From positions 189,968,001-190,032,000 of the forward strand of contig OX597814.1 in assembly GCA_951406725.2 (NCBI GenBank): DNA of 64,000 nt, given 5' to 3'. Position 1 is the stretch's first letter. Every line of letters starts with the position of its first letter. The stretch comes from Octopus vulgaris. Lineage: Eukaryota. Shown here one piece after another: positions 1-13,789 of this stretch. The notes beneath the pieces were generated by a model. That model ran no database searches. It was given only the letters and a program-made list of their open reading frames with translations, and was not told the origin of the DNA. A program made the translations under genes and the position numbers.

Positions 1-608
1 TCAAACCTTGGTTCTCATTCCTAAGGTATCTTTCAAAGTACACCTTAGCGTCTAGAAAACAGAGGTACATTATGGATTAATGTAGCTGAGGTTATGCAAT
101 GTTTGAGAAGAGTGAGCCGATAAATGAATTAAAATCATTTGATCACAAGTATGCTCAGTTAAGACGGGGCTGAAGTTAAACAACTATATCTATAGGAAAC
201 ATTCTGGTTGTTTAATGGTCCATAAATACAAATCTTTGTATTTATGTCAACGAAACCCAAGAATGTAAATGAGATGCTGATTATAATTGCCATTAAGCTG
301 TTTATTTATCAGTAATATATACCTTCTATTCAAATCAACGACGGAGGTTCTATATGGTCACTGAACCGATATGAAATAGCAGTCAAGCCTATGTTAGATT
401 CTACCTTCATTGATTATTATTTAAATCTCTTCTCTCTAATTGGGAAAGAAGTCTTTGAAAATTCGATACCAGTCAGACCAGTCTTTAACAACTTTTTCTA
501 CTTTCCCCCATGTAAGCTTCATTATTCTCAGCTCATCTTCAAATAATCTACGCTAATATTTTTTAATCGCCTTCCAGGTACCAGGTAGTTTCCGTCTTAA
601 TACTACCT

Positions 609-1021
609 ATTTTTTACTACCCACAAGGGGCTAAACACAGAGAGGACAAACAAGGACAGACAAACGGATTAAGTCGATTATATCGACCCCAGTGCGTAAT
701 TGGTACTTATTTAATCGACGCCGAAAGGATGAAAGGCAAAGTCGACCTCGGCGGAATTTGAACTCAGAACGTAGCGGCAGACGAAATACCTATTTCTTTA
801 CTACCTACAAGGGGCTAAGCACAGAGAGTACAAACAAGGACAGACAAACGGATTAAGTCGATTATGTCGACCCCAGAGCGTAACTGGTACTTAATTTATC
901 GACCCCGAAAAGATGAAAAGCAAAGTCGACCTCGGCGGAATTTGAACTCAGAACGTAGCGGCAGACGAAATACCGCTAAGCATTTCGCCCGGCGTACTAA
1001 CGTTTCTGCCAGCTCGCCGCC
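609..1021 (-). mobile_element. tRNA-derived SINE family A (Meta-like central domain), dimer
   Basis: A box TGGCAGAAACGTTAG, B box GAGTTCAAATTCC; two units of about 184 bp; 19-bp TSD at 590-608 and 1022-1040. Confidence 0.9.
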
Positions 1022-1736
1022 TTCCGTCTTAATACTACCTTTGATATACTGTCCATATCCAGTTCCGCGTCAGTAAACTAACCTGTTGAGCCGTCAGCAT
1101 TTATTGCATGCATGAACTATTGTAATGAGTGTCGCTATTAGTTCAGAAGATGCAGTAGATTTTCGTCAGATTCCCTAAGTGAAATTCATCGATCTTAGTC
1201 AGGCCTTCTTATAACTCTTGTTGTTAGCCCTTTTCCTCTTTCTAAACTAGACATATAGAACTTGTTGCACGGCAAACAAAATACCGTGCTGTATTTCATG
1301 TTGTGTTCAAACCTCACCGAGGGCGGCGTTGCTATGACAGATAACTCTCTTCCCTATAAGGGTGGTCACATTAAAACCATTCACTTAGTTATGAAAGCTA
1401 ATCCCTTCTCTGTACGTTTACTCTTATATCTATTTAGAATCATTCGTTTTCTTCTTTTTCTGTAATGCATTTCTCCTGTATTCTGAAACTTTACTTCATG
1501 TGAATCAGATGCATTCAATAGTGGTAGATCTAAACAGCTGCTTTGTTTAGCACCGAAACGTTGGATGGTTTTGTAAATATTAGAATCAAGTTTTTGTCAG
1601 TGGAAACATGATCATCTTTTCATCCTCCAACCAGTTTCCGAAGTACAGTAAAATTGTCGTGGAAACCGTCCTATTTCCTCATAACAAGAAACTGATTTCG
1701 TAAATCTTGGGCCCTTATGATCGATAAAAGCAATCC

Positions 1737-1783
<47 letters not shown>

Positions 1784-1832
1784 ATTATTGTTGTTGTTGT
1801 TGTTGTTGTTATTATTATTATCATCATCATTA

Positions 1833-2047
1833 AGGCGGCGAGCTGGGAGAATCGTTAGCACGCCAGATGTAATACTTAGCGGTATTTCGTCTGCTGCTAC
1901 GTTCTGAGTTCAAATTCCCCCGAGGATGACTTTTCCTTTCATCCTTTCTCGATCGATAAATTAAGTACCAGTTGAGTACTGGGTTCCATGTGATCGACTG
2001 TTCACTTCCCCACAAAAATCTTGGCCTTGTGCCTATAGCAGAAAGAA
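1833..2047 (+). mobile_element. SINE family A, alternative-tail subtype
   Basis: Same head and core; tail ..GGCCTTGTGCCTATAGCAGAAAG then (TTA)n. Confidence 0.85.
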
Positions 2048-2113
2048 TTATTATTACTATTGTTATCATTATTATTATTATTATTATCATCATCATCATC
2101 ATCATCGTCATTA

Positions 2114-2667
2114 TTGAGTGAGAGAGCAGTGCATGTCATCAAAGTGACACTGGGGTAAAATATACGAAGCCCAGTATACCCATCATGACTACTCGTCTGA
2201 TCAGGGTACACCAGGCACATGCATCACAACCATATGTGCGCGACGTGGTGATCTCATATCAAGATAAACAGTGCATGACCTTGCAGGTGGGGCCCAGTTA
2301 GAATTTTCTTCTGGTCGAGTAGCCCATCCCGCTCAAAAGGTCCCTGAATAAGGACTGTTTAAGGATGTTGAACGAACCACCAATATTTCCAAAGGTGAAT
2401 TATCCAATCTCCAAGAATCCCTTTCAACACACGGCTATAATGTTCCCCCACTACTTCTACTCATGATCAGGGATGCACATATCGTCAGCCACTGAGGGGC
2501 ATGGTCAACTGGTTAAGGTCAAACAACTGACAAGCAAATCAGTGGTATTGGGCAGAATATTTGCTGTAGCCCATCTTTTATACCAAGACAAAACAATGCA
2601 CATGATAACACTTCCAATCAGTTAAGATCAGAAGCCATGAGAGCCACTGCCTGGTACTGCATCAGGG

Positions 2668-2669
<2 letters not shown>
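2114..2669 (-). mobile_element. Non-coding retroposon (family E) inserted in (TAA)n
   Basis: Homologous in opposite orientation to 18921-19370; triplet microsatellite on both sides. Confidence 0.75.
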
Positions 2670-2704
<35 letters not shown>

Positions 2705-2706
<2 letters not shown>

Positions 2707-3052
2707 GGTCAGCACGCCGAGCGAAAAGCTCAGCAGTATTTCGTCTGTCGCTGTGTTCTGAGTTCAAATTCCGCCGAAGTCGACTTTGCCTTTCATCCTT
2801 TCGGGGTCGATTAAATAAGTACCAGTTACGCACTGGGGTCGATATAATCGACTTAATCCGTTTGTCTCTCCTTGTTTGTCGTCTCTGGTATTTCGTCTGC
2901 TGCTACGTTCTATGTTCAAATTCCGCCGAGGTCGATTTTTTCTTTCAACCTTTCGGGGTCGATAAATTAAGTACCAGATGAGTACTGGGGTCTATGCGTT
3001 CGACTGTCCCCTTCCCCATAAAAATCCAGGCCTTGTGCCTATAGTAGAAAGA

Positions 3053-3109
<57 letters not shown>

Positions 3110-3305
3110 TAGGTTTTGCACGCCAGACGATATGCTTAGCAGTATTTCATTTGCCGCTATGTTCTGAGTTCAAATTCCGCCGGGGTTCACTGCCTTTTAT
3201 CCTTTCGGGGTCGATAAATTAAGTACCAGTGAAACACTGGACTCGATGTGGTCGACTAGTCCCCTTCACCCAAATTTTAGACCTTGTGCCTTCACTAGAA
3301 AGGGT
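2705..3305 (+). mobile_element. Cluster of three SINE family A units
   Basis: Units at about 2705-2886, 2887-3055 and 3110-3305; (TTA)n separates the second and third. Confidence 0.85.
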
Positions 3306-3340
3306 TATTATTATTATTGTTGTTGTTATTGTTATTATTA

Positions 3341-3481
3341 TTAGGTTGTCCCAAAAGTTTGTAAACACTTGCGAAAATTGAATTTTTACTCGCCAAGTAC
3401 TAACAAAAACAACCAAAATTATTCCTCAAAATAAAGACCATTATTTTCCAAGACTTTCTACGAACTTTTGGGACAACCTTA
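3341..3481. mobile_element. Tc1/mariner-derived MITE
   Basis: TIRs TTAGGTTGTCCCAAAAGTT / AACTTTTGGGACAACCTTA with TA on both sides. Confidence 0.8.
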
Positions 3482-3984
3482 TATTATCATTGATCTTTGC
3501 CGGTCATGATGTTCCTCTTGTTACAAATATACAACTGTTAATACAGAAATTTCTCATACACATATTTTAATGAGGAATAGCAACATATTTCGGCACCTGA
3601 TTTACTGATTCTTAGCTTTATCACGCAAAAATAAATAAAGTAAAAGATTAGAGGGCATAAATTAATAAGTTTCGCTTTTATTTAGATTTAATTATCATTC
3701 ACCCGAATCTTAATGAAAGTCCGTCTACGCATTTTTCTATCTAAAAAGCCTGCCCGTTTCCCTCAAACTTCCTCTGTTCAATATCTACGCTTCCTTAGCA
3801 GTTTCATTAAGATATTATTGTGCTTCTCGCAAAATCTATGTAAAATACTTATTGACATTGATTGCGTTGCTGGTGGCAAGCGCTAAATAAGAAATTATGA
3901 TGTTTTCTCGGATTAGTGTTTGCTTCTTTGAGATCATTATCGTTTTAGAAATGTTTAAATTGACGTCTGAAGTATATACATACA

Positions 3985-4740
<756 letters not shown>

Positions 4741-5454
4741 GTGTAGCAAACTATATTGCTGAAAGAAATCATTATAAGAAAATATTGTTAGTTTAGTTTG
4801 TGTTTTAGTTAATGTGAAATGTATGTCTTTCGTATTTAGTCAATGATAAAATATATCTGTGTGTATTTGTGTGTGTTTGTGTCTGTCTGTCTGTGTGCGT
4901 GTGTGTATGTGTGTGTATCTGTTTGAGGTTGTAAGTCACTGTGATTATTAATGTGTATGAGCTAGTCCGTGTGTGTGTGTGTGTGTGTATGACTGAAAGT
5001 ATCTGTAATGGTGGAGTGAGAGCAAGTGTTCGTGAGGTGTGTGTACAAATGAATCCGTACATGCATGCGTGTCTGCGAATGTGTATTTGTATGTTTTTGC
5101 GCGTATGTACGTGTGGGTGCCTGCGTGCATGAATAACACTACGATTGTGCGGTTGATTGAGAAACAGACAGTATGTGTGAATATATTTACGTTATATGTA
5201 TGATTGAGAAGCAGGAAGTGCGTGTCTACGATTCTAAATTGTGAACAAGAGATAGAGATGGTGCATGTGTGTGTTTGAGAGCGCGTTCACAATCGTTAAA
5301 TGATGTACAGGTGTTAATTAAGAATCATATTTCATATACGTTACGAGTCCTTGGGCTACACAAGGAATGCCCTTAAAAAGCCACCAACTCATATAAATTA
5401 TAAATCAGTTACGTTTTGCTTTTTTACTATCTGTAACAATGTGCGTCTATGAAT

Positions 5455-6060
<606 letters not shown>

Positions 6061-6317
6061 CAGAGTAGTACGTATCCAAAACAAAGCATACACATAGTTA
6101 TGTATGAGTGTTTCCTTTTACATATGCGTACAGAGATTTATGCTTACAATTTGGAAATGTCTAAATTAGCAACTATATGTAAAACTAAAAATTTACAAGT
6201 TATATTCAATTCGTAGGATCATCCGTAACATTATTACTGCATTAGTAAGAATTGAGATTTTTTTTTCTTTCCTGTAATCCCCGGCTTTACAAATAAGTAG
6301 TCCATTAGTGGATTATG

Positions 6318-6319
6318 TA

Positions 6320-6363
<44 letters not shown>

Positions 6364-6561
6364 TATACATATATGTATGTATGCATGTATGTATATACAT
6401 ATATACATGTATGTATGTATATATATATATATATGTATGTATATACACATATATATATGTATGTATATACATATATATATGTATGTATGTATATACATAT
6501 ATATATGTATGTATGTATGTATGTATATTTATATATGTACAAACTCACACACACGCACTTA

Positions 6562-6601
<40 letters not shown>

Positions 6602-6638
6602 TATGTGTGTATAATCAATGAGAGAGATGGAAGGTGGA

Positions 6639-6670
<32 letters not shown>

Positions 6671-6750
6671 GCACATTATATATATATATACATATATATA
6701 CACACACACAAATACTTATATACGTTTTGTGTGTATGTATGCATGGATGT
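6318..6750. repeat. Compound (TA)n/(TATG)n microsatellite
   Basis: Direct inspection. Confidence 0.9.
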
Positions 6751-7095
6751 ATGTACTGATAGACAGAAAGTCAGATGGAAATTCTTAGATCGGAAACGTT
6801 TCAAGAAAGAAAACTGTTCAAAATGTCTCACTCACTTTAACCGTAGAAATACAATGATTTTTACCATATATACAAGGTCATATAATTTTGTAACCTGTAT
6901 CAGGTGAATTTTATGAACCCTACACTTAACGGGTATTCATTGTACCGACTCCACAAGATACTGCATAAGTAATGGTGATACTAGACATCTGTGGTTTCTA
7001 TATCCATGCCGCAAGTTATTTGATACACCGCTCTCGTTTTTCAACCATCCACTCCTCTCCGAACATAGAAACAAATAATAGTTCTCGTGGTTTAC

Positions 7096-7690
7096 CTATT
7101 TCGTTACTACCCACAAGGGGCTAAACGCAGAGAGGACAAATAAGGACAGACAAACGGATTGAGTCGATTATATCGACCCCAGTGCGTGACTGGTACTTAT
7201 TTAATCGACCCCGAAAGGATGAAAGGCAAAGTCGACCTCAGCGGAATTTGAACTCAAAACGTAGCAGCAGATTAAATACCTATTTCTTTACTACCCGCAA
7301 GGGGCTACACACAGAGAGGACAAACAAGGACAGACAAACGGAATAAGTCGATCATATCGACCCCAGTGCGCAACTGGTACTTATTTAATCGATCCCAAAA
7401 TGATGAAAGGCAAAGTCGACCTCGGCGGAATTTGAACTCAGAACGTAGCGGTAGATGAAATACCTATTTCTTTACTACCCGCAAGGGGCTAAACACAGAG
7501 AGGACAAACATGGACAGACAAACGGATTAAGTCGATTATATCGACCCCCAGTGCGTGACTGGTACTTATTTAATCGACCCCGAAAGGATGAAAGGCAAAG
7601 TCGACCTCGGCGGAATTTGAACTCAGAACGTAGTGGCAGACAAAATTCTGCTAAGCATTTCGCTCGGCGTGCTTAGGATTCTGCCAGCCC
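7096..7690 (-). mobile_element. SINE family A trimer
   Basis: Units start at about 7093, 7277 and 7461 (184-bp period); TSD TTCTCGTGGYTTAC at 7082-7095 and 7691-7704. Confidence 0.9.
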
Positions 7691-7816
7691 TTCTCGTGGC
7701 TTACATACACAGGTGTTAGTCTCCGATTGTATTTTCTCATAACTTTCATATAAATGGATACGTGTGGCTGTGCGGTAAGAAATTTGCTTCGCAACCAAAA
7801 TGTGACTCACCGACGA

Positions 7817-8011
7817 GTATGTACGTACGTACGTATGTACATACGTCGTATGTACGTACATACGTCGTACGTACGTACATACATCGTACGTACGTACATA
7901 CATCGTACATAGGTACATACATCGTACATACATACATACATCGTACATACATACATCGTACATACATACATACATACATACATACATACATACATACATA
8001 CATGCATACAT
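7817..8011. repeat. (TACA)n/(TACG)n microsatellite with TCG interruptions
   Basis: Direct inspection. Confidence 0.9.
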
Positions 8012-8029
8012 AAAACCCCCAAACAACCG

Positions 8030-8950
8030 GACATAACGTTAAAGAAGACCTCGATGTGAAACACTCGGACTATGCGTGCGTATGTTGCTCAAAGACTTTA
8101 AGAAAACAGTAATATCGAAATGAAGCACAGTATCTCTTGAGCTCGTGACCGCTAAATTACCTCACACTACGAAGACTATTCATTTGCAACGCAAGAACAG
8201 GAGGTTGCTACGAAATACGTAATGCGCAAAAGAAACTGTGGGGCCCCTCGAGATTGACATATTTCTGGGGATGACATCACACTGACATTCTGGGGAAGAC
8301 ATTAGCAACTGACAAAAGATGTTATCATAGTACTACCTCTATATGCGACACGACCTTGTTGCAAAACCAATACAATGTCATTTGAAATGGACTGTCCTAA
8401 AAATAAATATAGAGAATCGCCATGTTATTGAATACACACACAAACATAAATACAACAAATACTGTTGGAATATTCCCAGAAAAACATCTATCAATTGAAA
8501 GCATAACAGGTCGGATATTGTAGCATGGATCAGACAAGAGACAGTAGATACAGTCATAGTGGTCAGCTGTCCTGCTGGTGTGAATATCTCAGAATATCAA
8601 AAAGAAATAGGATAACTATAGACAACTGCTTCAAAACGTCTAACTTCTGAATCCAGATTATAAATTCGCATTTATTTCAATAGTAATTGCACGTAGTTTT
8701 GCGAGGAAATGCCTAAGCGACAATCTGGATAAGCTAGGGTTTTCAGAAAAAGAAATCAAGCAACTAACACGCTCAATAGAAACACAATCTGTAAGTGGAA
8801 CAATAAAAATATGCAAGACTTTTCTCAAGTCTAGAACGTAACTTTGTTTTTGTTATCTGCATTCTAATGATGGAACTTTGTATCTTTGTTAGAAACCATC
8901 TCCTTCCGGAAAAGGAAGAATTTTAATAATTGAAACTAGAAGAGAGTATG
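8030..8950 (+). pseudogene. Degenerate 3' end of a Dong/R4-like LINE (restriction-like endonuclease region)
   Basis: Frameshifted fragments FATQEQEVATKY, MRHDLVAK, HNRSDIVAW, VVSCPAGVNI, GTIKICKTFLK. Confidence 0.75.
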
Positions 8951-9093
8951 CATGAAAATATAATGCCACGGAAAGCGGAGGTGTGTGAGCGTATTTGTAG
9001 GTTTATGTGAATGTTTGTATATATCAGTGGTTCCCAACCTGGGGTCCGCAAAGGTAGTACCGAGGGTCCAAGAACCAAATTCGAAATTTCATA

Positions 9094-9148
<55 letters not shown>

Positions 9149-9154
<6 letters not shown>

Positions 9155-9448
9155 ATCACGTGACTGACCAGGCTATCAGATGTTGCTACACATCGCTGGT
9201 CACAATACGTTTCGCATTGTTTTAGCTTTCGAATGACGCCACCCCGCTGGCTAAGCGAGCAGGCCAACAGAAGAGAGAGTGAGAAAAAGTTGTGGCGAAA
9301 GAGTACAGCAGGGATCGCCACCTCCCTGCGGGAGCCTTGTGCAGCTTTAGGTATTTTCGCTCAATAAACACTCACCACGCCCGGTCTGGGAATCGAAACC
9401 GCGATCCTACAACCGCGAGTCCGCTGCCCTAACCACTGGGCCATTGCG

Positions 9449-9451
<3 letters not shown>
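9149..9451 (-). mobile_element. tRNA-derived SINE family C
   Basis: Head GGCGCAATGGCCCAGTGGTTAGGGCAGCGGAC..GGTTTCGATTCCC. Confidence 0.85.
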
Positions 9452-9523
<72 letters not shown>

Positions 9524-9692
9524 CTTTATTTAACAGCAGCGGAAATATAACAAAAGCTGTTAATTGGAGTTTCACGCTCCCGTTCGTCGGACTAACGGGA
9601 ACGTGAAACTCCAGTAAATAAAGCATATTACTCTTCCTCTGGTATTTGAGTACTCTTTTTTCCACCTTGTTTCACATTCATGTGCTTACTCC

Positions 9693-9695
<3 letters not shown>
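9524..9695. mobile_element. Fold-back PLE terminal relic in (TA)n with partial hammerhead
   Basis: Inverted arms 9565-9584 and 9594-9613; minus strand reads CCGACGA ACG GGAG CGU GAAA CUCCAAUUA ACAGC. Confidence 0.65.
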
Positions 9696-9739
<44 letters not shown>

Positions 9740-9847
9740 ATAAGCATATTAAAAGGGCGCCTTGTGAAAACTCATTTAAATATAAGGGTTGGGAACCACT
9801 GGCATATACCATGCACACCACACACGCACATACGTGCGTGTATATAT

Positions 9848-9919
<72 letters not shown>

Positions 9920-10474
9920 ATGTTAAAACGTCCATCATACCATATATTTTTAAAGATATAATTGAAACATCTATACAGCAGTATGTGCAGCAATTAAAAA
10001 ACGGCACGAAAAGGATTTCATAGAACTAACACAAGTTTCTTATATCTCTTATATATAAAACTTCTCATAGCATTTTCTCTGTCTTGTCAGCATAGGTTCA
10101 ACGTGTAGATTACATTAGGAAAAAAAAAAATCCGAACTAAAGTCTGTGTAAGTACATTTACATATCATCCGTGTGTGTTGTTAAAATTTTCACATATCAG
10201 CAGTAGCTGCATTGTATTGAAGAAGAAAGAAAAAATAATTATATAAACCACTATCATATTCTGCATCATCATTATCAAGAATATTTTTGGAGTATTTCTT
10301 TATTTTTGTTTAGTGTATTCGTAAAAGTATAGACATGGGAAGTTTTTTTGCTTCCTTTCAGTTTTTTTTCCTTCGTTTTGTGCGCAGTCTCGCAAAAAAA
10401 AGATATAACGAATTCAAGTTGCAACAAGAAATCCAGGTTAAGCACGAAGGAAATCATGAAAACGTTGGGTTACT

Positions 10475-11100
10475 CAATTATGTATTAGGTAGATACATAT
10501 GAAGGCGCAATGGCCCAGTGGTTAGGGCAGCGGACTCGCGGTTGTAGGATCGGGGCTTCGATTCCCAGACCGGGCGTTGTGAGTATTTATTGAGCGTTGT
10601 GAGTATTTATTGAGCGTTGTGAGTATTTATTGAGTGGTGGCGTTGCCTGCTGTACACTTTCGCCACAATTATGTATCAGGTAGATACATATGAAGGCGCA
10701 ATGGCCCAGTGGTTAGGGAAGCGGACTCGCGGTTGTAGGATCGCGGTTTCGATTCCCAGACCGGGCGTTGTGAGTATTTATTGAGCGAAAATACCTAAAG
10801 CCTCACGAGGCTCAGGCAGGGGGCGGTGGCATTGCCTGCTGTACACTTTCGTCACAATTATGTATCAGGTAGATACATATGAAGGCGCGTGACCTAGTGG
10901 ATAGGGTGTTGCACAGGCGATCCCCAGGACGCGGTTTCGATTCGGGAACCGGGTGATGCATGGTGTTCTTGACGAAAATACTTTATACCTTGTTGCTCTG
11001 CGATCACTTCGACAAATGACGAGCGGCACACCGCGCACCTGTATAGGTAATATCGATTTGATTGAGCGAATGAGCTCATTTACAGTACAAATGTTTGATG
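10475..11100 (+). mobile_element. Tandem of two 3'-truncated family C SINEs followed by an older tRNA-headed SINE
   Basis: Units of about 190 bp start at 10475, 10666 and 10855. Confidence 0.8.
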
Positions 11101-11142
11101 ACTATAAACATATTATCTCAGCAAGTTGTTCAACAAAAATTT

Positions 11143-11302
11143 GTAGGAGTGGCTGTGTGGTAAGTAGCTTGCTTACCAACCACATAGGTCCGGGTTCAGT
11201 CCCACTGCGTGACACCTTGGGCAAGTGTCTTCTACTGTAGCTTCGGGCCGACCAATGCCTTGTGAGTGGATTTGGCAGACGGAAACTGAAAGTAGCCCGT
11301 CG

Positions 11303-11335
<33 letters not shown>

Positions 11336-11537
11336 CTGTGTCTGTCCCCCCACCCAACATCGCTTGACAACCGATGCTGGTGTGTTTGCGTCCCCCGTAA
11401 CATAGCGGTTCGGCAAAAGAGATTGATAGAAATAAGTACTAGGCTTACAAAGAATAAGTCCTGGGGTCGATTTGGTCGACTAAAGGCGGTGCTCCAGCAT
11501 GGCCGCAGTCGAATGACTGAATCAAGTAAAAGAGTAA
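11143..11537 (+). mobile_element. tRNA-derived SINE family B with internal (TA)n(TG)n
   Basis: A box TGGCTGTGTGG, B box GGGTTCAGTCCC, ACCTTGGGCAAGT, GCCTTGTGAGTGGATTTGG domain, (GTAAAAGA)n tail. Confidence 0.9.
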
Positions 11538-11567
11538 GGAACCCTCACCAGTCGTCTGGGACAATAC

Positions 11568-11601
<34 letters not shown>

Positions 11602-12133
11602 TCTACGATCAGATAGGGATCTTTTGGGAGATGCTCACCCTTGTTTGAATACATGAATTATCATATTTATTCCTATATACTTGACTAGAATAGAACATAT
11701 GTTCTTGATATACTAATTCAATATATTAACCGATAGTTTATATTAATAAATATTAAAAACAGCACAACCCGAAAAGATAACTATGTAAAACGTAGAAATG
11801 GCATATTTCTTTTTTTTAATTAAAAAACTACTAATAACACACAGCGAAATGATTTACACTGTTGCATATTTTCATCATTTTTTTTCTATTTTATCTTTTT
11901 TTTATTTTTTTATTTTTTTTGCTAGATGTTGCTGCAACATAATAGGTTTGTATTCACAGAATGGGAAAGAAAAAAAGCCGCACAATCCTTAAGCACGCCA
12001 AGTACTAGTATGGCGGCAGGTTTCACATTGTAAAGAAAAATAGAAAGCTTTTTTTTTATAAACTAATTTATAGTGCATGCGTATGTGTATGCATATGTGG
12101 CAATGCACAAACACATACACGAATGTGCATGTA

Positions 12134-12178
12134 TGAATATATATATATATATATATATATATACATTACATACATATA

Positions 12179-12219
<41 letters not shown>

Positions 12220-12399
12220 TACATACATATATGAATATATATATATATATATATATATATACATTACATACATATATGAATATATATATATATATACATT
12301 ACATACATATATAAATAAATATATATACACACATATATTTGCGTATATACATTTACACATATACATGCGTATGTGTATGCATGCATAATACACACACAC

Positions 12400-12484
<85 letters not shown>

Positions 12485-12485
12485 A
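12134..12485. repeat. Minisatellite GAA(TA)nCATTACATACATATAT x4, then CA/TA/GA microsatellites
   Basis: Direct inspection. Confidence 0.85.
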
Positions 12486-13354
12486 AGCAAAGTTATTTTA
12501 ATGTTTTCTGTTTATCTATCTATCTATATATATGTATGTGTATGTATGAATGTATCAATGTATATATGTATGTATGTATGTACGTACGTATGGTTGTATG
12601 TAAGGATAAAAGTATAAGTGCTTCCTCTGCAAGTGTGTGTGTGTGTGTGTGGGCATGCGCGTGTGTATAAATGTATTGTGAGAATAAACAAGTGCAGAAA
12701 CAGTTGTCGGAGGCGGGGAAATGGAAGCTACAGAAGAGAACGTACTGTATATTATAAAATATAATTGATTATTCACGAATGGAAGTACTCTCTATAGTCG
12801 GTACGCACCCACCGCTTCAGAGCAAGGTTAGTTCTATACCATTACTGATTCTTGAAGTGTATTGTCTGCGAAATCTGAACGGTGTCAAATCGCCATTATA
12901 GTACAAATATATTACACAGTCAGATGTACGCTGCACAACCTTGAAATCTAATGTGTCTAATGCGTCTCTCTGAATAATAACTCAACATAAAGGGAATTAA
13001 CGTTGGGACACAATAAGAGTTGAAAATATATATAGTAAAAGAAATATGCTAAGAGTCTGGTTAAATCATATTTTCAGTCGATAATACTGCAACAGCAGAA
13101 GAGAGAACAACATTTTAAGGTTCCTAGGTTTTGGGGGATTTTATCTTTTAATCACAAATCTGATTATTTAACATCGATTGTTCCTTGAATGACTAAAAAA
13201 AAATATTTTATTAAATTTCCCGAATGACAAATTTTGCATTTAATGTAGATTTCGTTTCACAAGTCTTTTTTTTTTTAAATTTCTTCATTAATTTGTTCAT
13301 AAACCAAGCTATTTATTAACGCAATTACTGTTGCCTTCGATAAACGCGTCCTAT

Positions 13355-13562
13355 ACACTTTTACTCTTTTACCTGTTTCAGTCATTTGACTGTGGCCATG
13401 CTGGAGCACCGTCTTTAGCCGAGCAAATCGACCCCAGGACGTATTCTTTGGAAGCCTAGTACTTATTCTATTGGTCTCTTTTGCCGAACCGCTAAGTTGC
13501 GGAGACGTAAACACACCACCATCAGTTGTCAAGCGATGTTGGGGAAACAAACAAACAAACAA

Positions 13563-13626
<64 letters not shown>

Positions 13627-13789
13627 TTATATAAGATGGGCTTCTTTCAGTTTCCGTCTACCAAATCCACTCACAAGGCTTTGGTCGGCCCGAGGCTTTT
13701 GTAGAAGACACTTTGCCCAAGGTGCCACGCAGTGGGACTGAACTCGGAATCATGTGGTTGGTAAGCAAGCTACTTACCAGACAGCCACT
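13355..13789 (-). mobile_element. SINE family B
   Basis: Full-length homologue of 11143-11537. Confidence 0.9.

Larger units (their letters stand above)
9025..9801. mobile_element. hAT (Charlie-like) MITE with nested insertions
   Basis: 15-bp perfect TIR CAGTGGTTCCCAACC; 8-bp flanks GTATATAT / GCATATAC (6/8 match). Confidence 0.8.

Noticed and set aside
864-1076. Recurrent short ORFs such as RNWYLIYRPRKDERQSRPRRNL and SFRLPNPLTRLWSAR
   Set aside because: Antisense or off-frame readings of SINE families A and B; starts and stops vary between copies.
1511-1568. Stem-loop followed by GAAACGTT resembling a hammerhead 3' half (a similar case at 51226-51272)
   Set aside because: The CUGANGA core is absent or broken; may be an ancient relic but cannot be supported.
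7093-7690. CRISPR-like or satellite reading of the regular 184-bp repeats
   Set aside because: No unique spacers and no cas genes; the units are SINE bodies in eukaryotic DNA.
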